This document shows positions 9,898 to 19,465 of a stretch of 60,381 nt of DNA, piece after piece. The notes below the pieces were generated by a model. It saw only the letters and a program-made list of their open reading frames with translations, did not search any database and was not told the origin of the DNA. The translations under genes were made by a program, and so were the position numbers. Positions within the stretch are counted from its first letter, which is position 1. Each line of letters starts with the position of its first letter. The stretch comes from Candidatus Kaiserbacteria bacterium RIFCSPLOWO2_12_FULL_50_10 (lineage in GTDB: Bacteria > Patescibacteriota > Minisyncoccia > Phycocordibacterales > UBA918), in the NCBI GenBank assembly GCA_001783515.1, contig MFMN01000004.1, positions 1 through 60,381 on the forward strand. The letters are read 5' to 3'.

Positions 9898-11274
9898 ATG
9901 AAATACGATGCACAGACAATGGAGAAATTGGTCGCGCTTGCGAAGCGTCGAGGCTTTATGTATGCGGGTTCTGAAATCTACGGCGGACTCGCAGGTGCAT
10001 GGGACTACGGACCGCTTGGCGTCATGCTTAAGAACAACATCACGCAAACGTGGTGGAAGCAGTTCGTGACCGATCGAGAAGATATGTATGGCGTCGACGC
10101 TGCGATTTTGATGAATCCACGCGCATGGGTCGCCTCAGGACACGTTGCAGGATTTTCTGACCCGCTTGTCGAAGACCTCAAAACGCAGAAGCGCTACCGC
10201 GCCGACCACCTACTTGAAGAAGCGGGTGTGGTTGTGACGGGTATGAGTATTTCTGACATGGATACCGCAATTAAGGAGAAGGGAATCAAGAGCCCCGAAG
10301 GGAATCCGCTTGGAGAGGTTCGTCAGTTCAATATGATGCTCAAGACCTCTGTTGGTGCGATCGAAGATTCTTCGTCAGTTATTTACCTCCGTCCGGAAAC
10401 TGCGGGTGGTATGTTCGTGAACTTCAAAAACATTGTCGACACCATGGCGCCGAAAATGCCCTTCGGCCTCGCGCAGATTGGTAAGGCATTCCGTAATGAA
10501 ATTGCGCCGCGCGACTTTATTTTCCGAGTACGCGAACTTGAGCAGATGGAAGTTGAATACTTCGTGCATCCGTCTGACTGGGAGCGTGCCTTTGAAGAGT
10601 GGCGTCTGCAGATGCTCAAGTATATGGATGCCATCGGACTTCCGCGTGACATGGTGCATGAGCTTGAAGTTGCAGCGGAAGACCGCGCACATTATTCAAA
10701 GCGCACCATCGACTTTGAATTCGAGTTCCCCTTTGGATGCAAAGAACTCTACGGGCTCGCATACCGCACCGACTTCGACCTCCAGGCACACGCAGGCGAA
10801 TCGAAGCAGTCGCTCACGTACTTTGATGAAGCGACAAAAGAGCGTTTCGTGCCGCATGTTATCGAGCCATCACTTGGTGTCGGACGCACCATGCTTGCCG
10901 TGCTTGCGTCGGCATACCATGAAGAAGAAATGGATGGCGAAGCCCGTGTTGTTCTCAAACTCGCGAAAGATATCGCACCATACCGTGCGTGCGTCTCGCC
11001 GCTTCTTAAAAACAAACCAGAGCTCGTCGCAAAGTCTCGTGAAGTCTACACCGCACTCAAAAAGCAGTTCGGCAACATTGCCTTCGACGATAACGGCAAC
11101 ATCGGCAAGCGCTATCGTCGTCAGGACGAAATCGGTACGCCGTTCTGTATCGTTATCGACTTCGATACGCTTGGTGAAAACCCTGCAAACCTCGACACCG
11201 TCACCGTCCGCAACCGCGACACGGGCGCACAGGAACGTATCAAGATTTCAGAACTTGCAAACTATATTGCGTAG
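9898..11274 (+). CDS. glyQS: Glycine--tRNA ligase, alpha2 type
   Basis: YLRPETA, AFRNEI, EQMEVEYF, VIEPSLGVGR, IGKRYRRQDEIGTPF; TATAAT-N6-ATG at 9898. Confidence 0.96.
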   Translation: MKYDAQTMEKLVALAKRRGFMYAGSEIYGGLAGAWDYGPLGVMLKNNITQTWWKQFVTDREDMYGVDAAILMNPRAWVASGHVAGFSDPLVEDLKTQKRYRADHLLEEAGVVVTGMSISDMDTAIKEKGIKSPEGNPLGEVRQFNMMLKTSVGAIEDSSSVIYLRPETAGGMFVNFKNIVDTMAPKMPFGLAQIGKAFRNEIAPRDFIFRVRELEQMEVEYFVHPSDWERAFEEWRLQMLKYMDAIGLPRDMVHELEVAAEDRAHYSKRTIDFEFEFPFGCKELYGLAYRTDFDLQAHAGESKQSLTYFDEATKERFVPHVIEPSLGVGRTMLAVLASAYHEEEMDGEARVVLKLAKDIAPYRACVSPLLKNKPELVAKSREVYTALKKQFGNIAFDDNGNIGKRYRRQDEIGTPFCIVIDFDTLGENPANLDTVTVRNRDTGAQERIKISELANYIA

Positions 11275-11283
11275 CCCTCAAGC

Positions 11284-11358
11284 TTGTCATCCTCGGGATT
11301 CATGAAAGCAAGGAGGCTTTGCCGACTATGCTTTCAAAATACCCGGGGATCCAGGCAT
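11284..11358. repeat. Family C REP-like hairpin (GTCATCCTCGGG...CCCGGGGATCCAGGC)
   Basis: Inverted partner of 11378-11493; same ends as the copies at 27931 and 47476. Confidence 0.85.
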
Positions 11359-11377
11359 GAGAACACTGCTCACCATC

Positions 11378-11493
11378 CTGGATCCCCGGGCATTTGAAAA
11401 CAATATTCCTTCGGGTTCTTGAAAATATATTCGGCAAAGCCTCATTATTTTCATAGCCCCGGAGTCATTTGTTTCCTAAATCCCGAGGATGAC
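11378..11493. repeat. Family C REP-like hairpin with a second family arm nested in its loop
   Basis: Outer arms match 47476-47544; inner GGGTTCTTGAAAATATA...TTATTTTCATAGCCC matches 27931-28003. Confidence 0.85.
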
Positions 11494-11526
11494 TCTCCCT
11501 AGAGTGTACTGAAATAAATTAACTTT

Positions 11527-12924
11527 ATGAAAAACATCTACATCACCACCACACTTCCGTACGTGAACGCGGATCCGCACATCGGCTTTGGGCTTGAGAT
11601 TATTCGTGCGGACGCACTCGCTCGTGCGCATAGGCTTTCAGGTGACAGCGTATTTTTCACAACAGGCACCGACGAGCACGGGCAAAAGATTGCAGAGAAG
11701 GCAGATGCAGAAGGGAAAGGACGTCAGGAATATGTCGATTACTTCGCGGGGCAATTTGCAAAACTACGCGATGCGCTCGACCTTTCCTACGACAACTTCA
11801 TTCGTACTACATCGCCTGCACATAAAGCTGCCGCACAAGAAATGTGGAAGCGCTGCGCAGCAAACGGCGACATCTACAAGAAGAAATACACCGGACTCTA
11901 CTGCGTTGGTGATGAAATGTTCCTCAAAGACAGCGACCTCGTAAACGGTCGTTGCCCGAATCATCCCAACATGGATCCTCAGGAAGTCGAAGAAGAGAAT
12001 TACTTCTTTGCACTTTCGAAGTACCAGAACTACCTTGAAGAATACCTCGCGAAGCCTGGCGTTATTGAGCCAGAGTTCCGCCGCCTTGAAGCACTAAACT
12101 TTGTAAAAGCAGGACTCGAGGACTTCTCAATCTCACGCGAAGTTTCTCGCATGGATTGGGGGATTCCTGTTCCTGGCGACGACACGCAGGTTATGTACGT
12201 CTGGTTTGATGCGCTCACCAACTACATTTCAACTCTCGGTTGGCCAGAAGAAGGCGGCAACTTTAAAAAGTTTTGGATAGACGGCGAAACGCTCCAGCTT
12301 GCCGGTAAAGACCAAGTCCGCTTCCAGTCAATCATGTGGCAAGCAATGCTCAAGTCTGCAGGACTCCCCGCAACCGACCATGTCGACTATCACGGCTTCA
12401 TTAATAGTGGTGGACAAAAAATGTCAAAGTCACTCGGTAACGTTATTGCGCCGTTTGACCTCGTAGAGAAATACGGCACCGACGCAACGCGCTATATGCT
12501 CTTGCGTCACGTACATCCGTACGACGATACCGACATTACGTGGGAGCGTATGGACGAGTGGTACACGGCGAACCTCGTGAATGGTCTCGGCAATCTTGCC
12601 TCACGTATTATGAAAATGGCAGAGACACATGGTGTTGCACCAGCGCTTCCTCAAGTTTCACTTGAGGCGAATGACTTCCTCGACCTTGAAAAAGTATGGC
12701 ATACCATCAGCATGCTCGATGAAAAAATCGCTACCGAAGAGCCATTTAAAGTCATCAAAGTTGATGCAGAAAAAGGCAAAGCAATCATCGCAGAGCTCGT
12801 CATTGCACTTCACAAAGTCGCTCTGTCGCTCCAGGCGGCAACGCCGAAAACCGCAGCGGCAATCCTCAGCGCAATCAACACAAACACAAAACCAGAAAAT
12901 CTCTTCCCAAGACTTCCTGCGTAA
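11527..12924 (+). CDS. metG: Methionine--tRNA ligase, short form without C-terminal domain
   Basis: YITTTLPYVN..PHIG, TGTDEHG, YVWFDAL, KMSKS. Confidence 0.96.
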   Translation: MKNIYITTTLPYVNADPHIGFGLEIIRADALARAHRLSGDSVFFTTGTDEHGQKIAEKADAEGKGRQEYVDYFAGQFAKLRDALDLSYDNFIRTTSPAHKAAAQEMWKRCAANGDIYKKKYTGLYCVGDEMFLKDSDLVNGRCPNHPNMDPQEVEEENYFFALSKYQNYLEEYLAKPGVIEPEFRRLEALNFVKAGLEDFSISREVSRMDWGIPVPGDDTQVMYVWFDALTNYISTLGWPEEGGNFKKFWIDGETLQLAGKDQVRFQSIMWQAMLKSAGLPATDHVDYHGFINSGGQKMSKSLGNVIAPFDLVEKYGTDATRYMLLRHVHPYDDTDITWERMDEWYTANLVNGLGNLASRIMKMAETHGVAPALPQVSLEANDFLDLEKVWHTISMLDEKIATEEPFKVIKVDAEKGKAIIAELVIALHKVALSLQAATPKTAAAILSAINTNTKPENLFPRLPA

Positions 12925-12926
12925 CA

Positions 12927-12959
12927 AAAACTCTCGCATCTGTATGGTGCGAGAGTTTT
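12927..12959. terminator. Intrinsic terminator after metG
   Basis: AAAACTCTCGCA...TGCGAGAGTTTT stem. Confidence 0.75.
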
Positions 12960-13117
12960 ATTTATCTGCAGTGTTGCAGAACACCACTAGCTCTGCTAGT
13001 GGATGAATGCAACCAAAAAATTAGTGCCGCCGGCGGGCGGCGCATGCATGCAGTAAACTCCCCGGTACCGCACGGAGTTGGGCGGGGGATACCCCGCACA
13101 ACTCCGTGCGGGGAGTT

Positions 13118-13528
13118 TCATGCCTGTTCGCGCGCTTTTTCTAGTTTTCTCTTAAGACTGAATTGGGTCGCAAAATTCAGCCGTGCTGATGCTTTTCGTG
13201 TTTCATCACCTGATTCAGCCGCAGCGGCAAGTTCCTTTGCTGCAGCCTCGTAGAGTGTCTTTGCTTCCAGCTCTATTTGTTTTCGATGCTCAGCCTCAGC
13301 AATTGCCTTTTTTCGCTGCTCAAGAGCAACACGAACGCTCTCGGTCGGTTCAAGAGGAGGGAGTTCTTTGACTGGCTCAGCCTTCTTTGAAGGACCAAGT
13401 TTGCGAAGAATTTCCTCACGCTCAGCATCGGTATACGGCTTCGAAACTGGCGGCATTGTCTCATGCCACTCTCGTTCCTTGTGTCTCATCTGTCCAGGGC
13501 GACCATTGGGTGCTAATTCAAAACTCAT
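13118..13528 (-). CDS. Hypothetical charged, coiled-coil protein (136 aa)
   Basis: Open frame; TATACT-N6-ATG start on the minus strand. Confidence 0.7.
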   Translation of the reverse strand: MSFELAPNGRPGQMRHKEREWHETMPPVSKPYTDAEREEILRKLGPSKKAEPVKELPPLEPTESVRVALEQRKKAIAEAEHRKQIELEAKTLYEAAAKELAAAAESGDETRKASARLNFATQFSLKRKLEKAREQA

Positions 13529-13603
13529 ACAAAAAGTATACCGTAGTGTCAAAAAATTACCATGTGCATAACTACAAACATTGTGATATATTCAGCAAAA
13601 CGT

Positions 13604-16408
13604 ATGCACAAGAAATTTGACCATATCGCCATTGAAAAGAAGTGGCAAAAGTCGTGGAAAGACGCGAATTTGTACGCAGTTGGGAAGCGCGATCCGCAGA
13701 AAGAGAAACGGTATCTTCTCGTCGAACTTCCGTATCCATCGGGCGATTTGCACATTGGGCACTGGCACGCATTTGGCGTGCCCGACATTCTCGTGCGCCA
13801 CGAGCGTATGCAGGGCAAACAGGTGCTCTTCCCGCTCGGCTTCGATGCATTTGGTATGCCGGCTGAAAACGCGGCAATCAAGCGCGGACTCGACCCAAAG
13901 GAATGGACGTACAAAAACATGGACACGATGCGCGCACAGCTCGACCAAATGGGAAATGCGTTTTCGACCGACATGACCACCAATACTACCGACCCTGAAT
14001 ACTTCAAGTGGACACAGTGGATGTTCGGTGAATTCTTCAAAAAGGGAATCGCCTACCGTGGTGAAGGCGTGGTGAACTGGTGTCCACACGACCATACTAT
14101 TCTCGCGAATGAACAAGTGCAGAGTGACGATACGTGTGAGCGTTGTGGTACCAAAATCGAAAAGCGCACCATGGCAAGTTGGAAGCTTGCGATTACCAAG
14201 TATGCTGACCGTCTTATTGACGACCTCGACACAGTAGAGTGGCCACAGTATATCAAAGAGCTTCAGCGAAATTGGATTGGACGCTCAAAGGGAGCTGAGG
14301 TTCCGTTTGCACTCTCAGCAGGTGAAAGAGTGACCGTATTTACCACTCGTCCTGACACGCTCTATGGAGTTTCTTTCCTCGTGCTTGCACCGGAACATCC
14401 GCTCCTCACAGCTCTTCCGTGCACAAATAAGAAAGAAGTGCAAAAGTATATTGACGAAGCAACGCAAAAAGACGAAGTTGACCGCCTGAACGCCAATAAA
14501 GAAAAAACCGGCGTAAAACTCGAAGGGGTCAACGCAATCCACCCGCTCACAGGTGAAGCAGTGCCAGTATTCGTCGCTGACTACGTTCTCGGCAACTACG
14601 GCACCGGCGCCGTCATGGGCGTACCTGCACACGATGAACGTGATAATGCATTTGCGAAGAAATACGCCCTTGCTATTACCCCCGTTATTTCTCCAATAAC
14701 AGGTGTGCCACAGGAGAACCCTGAACACCGAAAGAGCATTGTAGCGATTGTCTATAATCCACGTACCGACACGTACATGACCATTAATTGGAAAGAGCAG
14801 CAGCAAACGCTCTTTATCGGTGGCGGTATCGAAGAAGGCGAAGATATAATTGCTACTGCGATACGCGAAATACAAGAAGAAACGCAATGTACGAACGTAG
14901 TGTATAAGGCGCAGACAATGCCGATTCATCATCATTATTTTGCATATGCAAAGAATGTTGCACGAGAAATCGATGCAGTTGGACTTCTCTTTGAACTTGC
15001 GGATGATGAAGAGACGTCAACACAGCTTGATGCTGCGGAAGAAGGAAAGTTTGAAGCGGTATGGAAAGATGCAAAAACCATTGAACGCGAAGTTGTGGAT
15101 GAGCTCCATCGAACCGTCTGGGATATGCTTGTATGCGGTAAGGTACATGCAGGTGCGGGCACTTTGATTAACTCGGGTGAGCATAACGGACTTTCGAGCG
15201 AAAATGCGAAAGCGGCAATCGTACAGGCTGCCGGAGGAAAAGAAACAAGCACGTACCGCTTACGCGATTGGTCTATTGGTCGTCAGCGCTATTGGGGTGT
15301 GCCGGTACCGATTGTGTATTCTCCAGAAGGAGTCGCGCATGAAGTGCCGCTCGAGCACTTGCCGTGGGAGCTTCCGACAGATGTTGATTTCCGTCCGACA
15401 GGTGAAGCACCGCTTGCGAAGTCACAGGAGCTTCGTGACCGCGTGACGAAGATTTTTGGTGAAGGATGGACGCCCGAAGTTGAAACGATGGATACCTTTG
15501 TGGACTCATCATGGTACTTCTTGCGCTATTTTGATGCACAAAACGGCGAAGCGCCGTCATCGCTCGCGGCACAAAAAGATTGGATGCCGGTTGACCTCTA
15601 CATGGGCGGCTCAGAACACACCACACTTCACCTCCTCTACTCACGCTTCTGGCAGAAGGTGCTCTTCGATATGGGGCTCGCGCAAGACAATGAGCCGTAT
15701 CGTCGTCGTATTAACCGCGGACTCATTCTCGGCCCCGATGGACAAAAGATGAGTAAGTCAAAAGGGAACGTGGTGAACCCTGATGAACATGTGCAGCGTG
15801 TGGGTGCTGATACGGTAAAGATGTATCTTGCGTTTATGGGTAACTATGGCGAAGCAGCCAACTACCCGTTTGACCTTGGTGGTATTGCGGGCATTCGCCG
15901 CTTTCTCGAGCGAGTCAATGGGCTCCGTGAACATGTACAAGAGGTGGAATCAAAAGACGTTACTCGACTTCTTCACAAAACCATTGCAAAAGTTTCGGAA
16001 GACATTCTCGAACTCAAATTCAATACCGCAATTTCTGCGCTCATGATATTTGTGAATGCAGTTGAAAAAGATGGCATATCACCGGAGTCATACGAGACAT
16101 TCCTTAAACTCATGGCGCCGTTTGCGCCGCATCTTACGGAAGAACTTTGGCATGAGCTCGGTAAAGACAGCTTCATTCATGCTGAGTCATTCCCGAAAGC
16201 TGATGCAACGCTCGCAAAAGACGATATGGTCACTATCGGTGTCCAGGTAGAAGGGAAGCGCCGTGGCGATATTACGATTGCGCCGGATGCGACAGAAGAA
16301 GAAGCGGTTGCTGCTGCACTCGGAAGTCCCGAAATTGCAAAATATGTGGAAGGCACTCCGAAGAAAGTAATCTACGTCGCCGGAAGAATTCTTAATATTA
16401 TCCCGTAG
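13604..16408 (+). CDS. leuS: Leucine--tRNA ligase with an inserted Nudix domain
   Basis: PYPSGDLHIGH, FTTRPDT and YGTGAVMGVPAHDERD (CP1 editing domain), KMSKS; Nudix box at about 14822-14890. Confidence 0.96.
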   Translation: MHKKFDHIAIEKKWQKSWKDANLYAVGKRDPQKEKRYLLVELPYPSGDLHIGHWHAFGVPDILVRHERMQGKQVLFPLGFDAFGMPAENAAIKRGLDPKEWTYKNMDTMRAQLDQMGNAFSTDMTTNTTDPEYFKWTQWMFGEFFKKGIAYRGEGVVNWCPHDHTILANEQVQSDDTCERCGTKIEKRTMASWKLAITKYADRLIDDLDTVEWPQYIKELQRNWIGRSKGAEVPFALSAGERVTVFTTRPDTLYGVSFLVLAPEHPLLTALPCTNKKEVQKYIDEATQKDEVDRLNANKEKTGVKLEGVNAIHPLTGEAVPVFVADYVLGNYGTGAVMGVPAHDERDNAFAKKYALAITPVISPITGVPQENPEHRKSIVAIVYNPRTDTYMTINWKEQQQTLFIGGGIEEGEDIIATAIREIQEETQCTNVVYKAQTMPIHHHYFAYAKNVAREIDAVGLLFELADDEETSTQLDAAEEGKFEAVWKDAKTIEREVVDELHRTVWDMLVCGKVHAGAGTLINSGEHNGLSSENAKAAIVQAAGGKETSTYRLRDWSIGRQRYWGVPVPIVYSPEGVAHEVPLEHLPWELPTDVDFRPTGEAPLAKSQELRDRVTKIFGEGWTPEVETMDTFVDSSWYFLRYFDAQNGEAPSSLAAQKDWMPVDLYMGGSEHTTLHLLYSRFWQKVLFDMGLAQDNEPYRRRINRGLILGPDGQKMSKSKGNVVNPDEHVQRVGADTVKMYLAFMGNYGEAANYPFDLGGIAGIRRFLERVNGLREHVQEVESKDVTRLLHKTIAKVSEDILELKFNTAISALMIFVNAVEKDGISPESYETFLKLMAPFAPHLTEELWHELGKDSFIHAESFPKADATLAKDDMVTIGVQVEGKRRGDITIAPDATEEEAVAAALGSPEIAKYVEGTPKKVIYVAGRILNIIP

Positions 16409-16418
16409 GAAGTATCCA

Positions 16419-16552
16419 GTCTGGATCCTTCCAGGATGACAAAAGTGACGAGTGTCGACATAGTGAGACGAGTAGTTAAATCCATGTTGATTTATGTATT
16501 TGTTTATCCAGAACATTACGTCTTGCTTTTGTCATCCAGAAGGGATCCAGAC
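16419..16552. repeat. Family B composite element (two inverted REP-like ends, ~134 nt)
   Basis: GTCTGGATCCTTCCAGGATGACAAAAG ... CTTTTGTCATCCAGAAGGGATCCAGAC. Confidence 0.88.
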
Positions 16553-16563
16553 GTTAGAGCGCT

Positions 16564-17673
16564 ATGTTCAAAGACATTCTCAAACCCGCATATCTCATGA
16601 TTCTCCCCGCACTTCTTATTGCGGGTTTTGGGCTTTCGACACTCTATACCTTTCAGGGCGATAACTCATTCTTTACGAAGCAGGCGGTGGTGCTCGCCAT
16701 TGCGCTCCTCGTGTGTCTTTTTGCCTCAATTCCCGACTACCGTTTTATGCGCACGGGGCACGCCGTCGTGTGGATATACCTCTCCATGTGCGGACTCCTT
16801 GCGCTGACGTTCGTGCTCGGCTACACCGCGCTCGGTGCGCAGATGTCGTTTGACCTCGGCGCCTTTTCGCTGCAGCCGGTTGAATTCGCGCGCATTGCAC
16901 TCATTCTTGTTCTCGCAAAATACTTTTCCATGCGTCACGAACTCATTGGTGCATTTCGTCATATTTTTATCTCCGCCGTGTATCTCGGTGTTCCGTTTGT
17001 CCTCACGCTCCTTCAGCCTGACTTTGGCTCTGCAATGATTCTCGCCGCGGTGTGGTTTGGTATTGTGCTCGTCTCGGGTATCCGCACTCGACACATTGCT
17101 TTTGTGGGAAGTCTCGCTGTTGCTGGCGTTACCTACCTGTGGCTTTTTAAGTTTGCGGACTACCAAAAAGAGCGTATTTACAACTTCCTCGACCCGCTCG
17201 CCGACATTCAAGGCAGCGGCTACAACGCGTATCAAGCAACTATCGCCGCAGGTTCAGGGCAAATGATGGGCAAAGGAATTGGGTATGGGACCCAGTCCAA
17301 GCTCAATTATCTCCCCGAGCATCAAACCGACTTTATCTTCGCGTCGTTTGCCGAGGAGTGGGGGTTTGTTGGTTCAATGGTGTTGTTTGCTTTGTTTGCC
17401 TGGATTATCACCTTGCTTATTCGCGCGGCACGAAATGCGCCGACAAACTTTGAGCGCATTTTTGTTATCGGGTTTGCTATTTATCTCGTAGCGCAATTCA
17501 CGACGCATGTTGGTATGAACATTGGCGTGCTGCCGATTACGGGGCTCCCGCTTCCGTTTATGTCGTTTGGTGGCTCGCATCTCGTGTCGGAATTTCTTGC
17601 GCTCGGCATGGTTATTGGTATGACGAAACATCAGCGGCGCGTTGTTGCAGTGGAGCAAAGTGAGATTATCTGA
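16564..17673 (+). CDS. rodA: SEDS-family peptidoglycan glycosyltransferase, RodA-like
   Basis: LQPVEF, LQPDFGS, LPEHQTDFIF, EEWGF, LPFMSFGGS; multi-TM. Confidence 0.9.
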   Translation: MFKDILKPAYLMILPALLIAGFGLSTLYTFQGDNSFFTKQAVVLAIALLVCLFASIPDYRFMRTGHAVVWIYLSMCGLLALTFVLGYTALGAQMSFDLGAFSLQPVEFARIALILVLAKYFSMRHELIGAFRHIFISAVYLGVPFVLTLLQPDFGSAMILAAVWFGIVLVSGIRTRHIAFVGSLAVAGVTYLWLFKFADYQKERIYNFLDPLADIQGSGYNAYQATIAAGSGQMMGKGIGYGTQSKLNYLPEHQTDFIFASFAEEWGFVGSMVLFALFAWIITLLIRAARNAPTNFERIFVIGFAIYLVAQFTTHVGMNIGVLPITGLPLPFMSFGGSHLVSEFLALGMVIGMTKHQRRVVAVEQSEII

Positions 17674-17686
17674 TACAGTGTCGGGT

Positions 17687-18265
17687 ATGACAACTTATTC
17701 TCCTCGCGTTGAACGCGCTATAAAACTCGCTGCATGGCTGCATCGCGACCAGGTCCGTAAAGGCCGGATTTCCTATCCATACATCACGCACCTTATGTCG
17801 CTCGCTATGATGCTTCGCGATTACACTGATGACGAAGACGTGATTATTGCCGCGCTCCTCCATGATGCTCTCGAAGACACGCCGTTCACGGAAGGCGAGC
17901 TCGAAACAGAATTTGGCGCACGCATCGCAGACATCGTGCGCGGCGTTTCCGAATGGACAGGCGACCCTGCCGCGAGGCCTCCGTTTGAAGAACGTCGACG
18001 CCGCTACATAGCGCAGTTGCACGCTGCGCCCCACGAATCGCTCCTCGTCTCCCTTGCAGACAAAATCCACAACCTTCGCTCGATGGTCGAAGAATACGAT
18101 GGTCGCCCTGACGAATTTCTTCGCGACTTTGGCACTATCGAGACACGTGTACATTTCTATGAAGAAATTAGTGCGCTCCTCCATGAACGTCTCCAGGACC
18201 ATCCGCTCCTTGCCTCGCTCGACGATGCGCTCACTGAATTTAAAACACTTGCCGTGCATCCATAA
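17687..18265 (+). CDS. HD-domain hydrolase, small alarmone hydrolase/MESH1-like
   Basis: H..QVRK, PYITHL, AALLHDALEDT, LADKIHNLRS. Confidence 0.85.
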   Translation: MTTYSPRVERAIKLAAWLHRDQVRKGRISYPYITHLMSLAMMLRDYTDDEDVIIAALLHDALEDTPFTEGELETEFGARIADIVRGVSEWTGDPAARPPFEERRRRYIAQLHAAPHESLLVSLADKIHNLRSMVEEYDGRPDEFLRDFGTIETRVHFYEEISALLHERLQDHPLLASLDDALTEFKTLAVHP

Positions 18266-18320
18266 TATCAAAACAGCACGCTCCATGAATGGAGCGTGCT
18301 GTTTTAGAATGTGTCTGAAG

Positions 18321-19247
18321 TTAGGTTGTCTTGAGTGTGACGTAAATGTCCTCGAGTGCTTTTACGCCGTCGCCAGCAGAGATGTTGTTCTGATGGTAGC
18401 GGACGTTGGTGCAGTCGCCCGCAGCCCAGATACCGGGAACGGATGTCTTCTGTGTCCACGGGTCGATGGTGACATGGCCAATAGGGTCAGTGTCAACAAC
18501 GCTAATTGCGTAGCCGGTATTCGGCACGACACCGATTTCGACGAAGATACCTTCTGCCGGGAGAGTAATTTCCTCGCCTGATATTTTATCTTTGTAGCTG
18601 ATGCTCTTGGCGAATTTGTCGCCTTCGACTTTGGTTGGCACTGCGTTGAGAATCGCTTTCATCTTTGGGTTCGCAAGCACCTTTTCAACCGTTACCGGGT
18701 CAGCCTTAAACTCGGCGCTGCGGTGGAGCAAGGTAACCGACTTCGCATACGCAAGGAGTTGCGCGGCTGATTCGAAGCCAGCGTTGCCACCGCCGACAAC
18801 CACGACGTCCATACCAGCGAAGAGCGGGCCGTCGCATGAGGCGCAGTACGTGACGCCTTTGTGTTCGAAGGTGTCTGCGCCAGGAACGTCGAGCTTACGG
18901 CGTCCTGAGCCTGTTGCAATGAGGATTGCTTTTGCAGTGATTTTCTCACCGTTTTCAAGCACGACAGTGTGCGTGCCGGCACCTTTTTCAATTGCTGCAA
19001 CACCGCCGACTTTTACGGAGACGGTATTTTCGGGCATGCTCTTGAGGTGGTTTTCAAGCGCCTTGGCAAGTTCGGCACCAGCAATTGCTGGCGTGCCAAT
19101 CCAGTTGTAAATAGTCTCCGAGACAACGCTCTGCCCGCCCCATTCTTTGGTAACGAGGAGTGTTTTGAGTTGTTTGCGTGAAGCGTAGACGCCGGCGGAA
19201 ATTCCCGCAGGGCCGCCACCGAGGATAATGAGGTCGTAAGTTTCCAT
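18321..19247 (-). CDS. trxB: Thioredoxin-disulfide reductase (TrxB/AhpF-C type)
   Basis: GGGPAG, YCASCDG redox CxxC, VVGGGNAG, WAAGD. Confidence 0.9.
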   Translation of the reverse strand: METYDLIILGGGPAGISAGVYASRKQLKTLLVTKEWGGQSVVSETIYNWIGTPAIAGAELAKALENHLKSMPENTVSVKVGGVAAIEKGAGTHTVVLENGEKITAKAILIATGSGRRKLDVPGADTFEHKGVTYCASCDGPLFAGMDVVVVGGGNAGFESAAQLLAYAKSVTLLHRSAEFKADPVTVEKVLANPKMKAILNAVPTKVEGDKFAKSISYKDKISGEEITLPAEGIFVEIGVVPNTGYAISVVDTDPIGHVTIDPWTQKTSVPGIWAAGDCTNVRYHQNNISAGDGVKALEDIYVTLKTT

Positions 19248-19322
19248 AATGTGTATCAATACTTTATTTTGTACAGTAATGGCACGAGTATACCCTCCTG
19301 CAGGGGAATTGTCTAGTGCTCG

Positions 19323-19360
19323 TTTTCCACAGGTCGCTTTTTGGGGACGTAGGGTATACT
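19323..19360 (+). promoter_or_regulatory. nrdB promoter: DnaA box TTTTCCACA plus TATACT
   Basis: Box 19323-19331, -10 at 19355-19360; same spacing as at 570 and 43683. Confidence 0.65.
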
Positions 19361-19465
19361 GCTGCTACGGCCGGAATGCAGTGCTCACCTTACCTGACAT
19401 TCCGAATAATGTGGTTGCGTACTGAAACATACGCACTTTTATTTCCTCACCTCACCTCTATTCAT

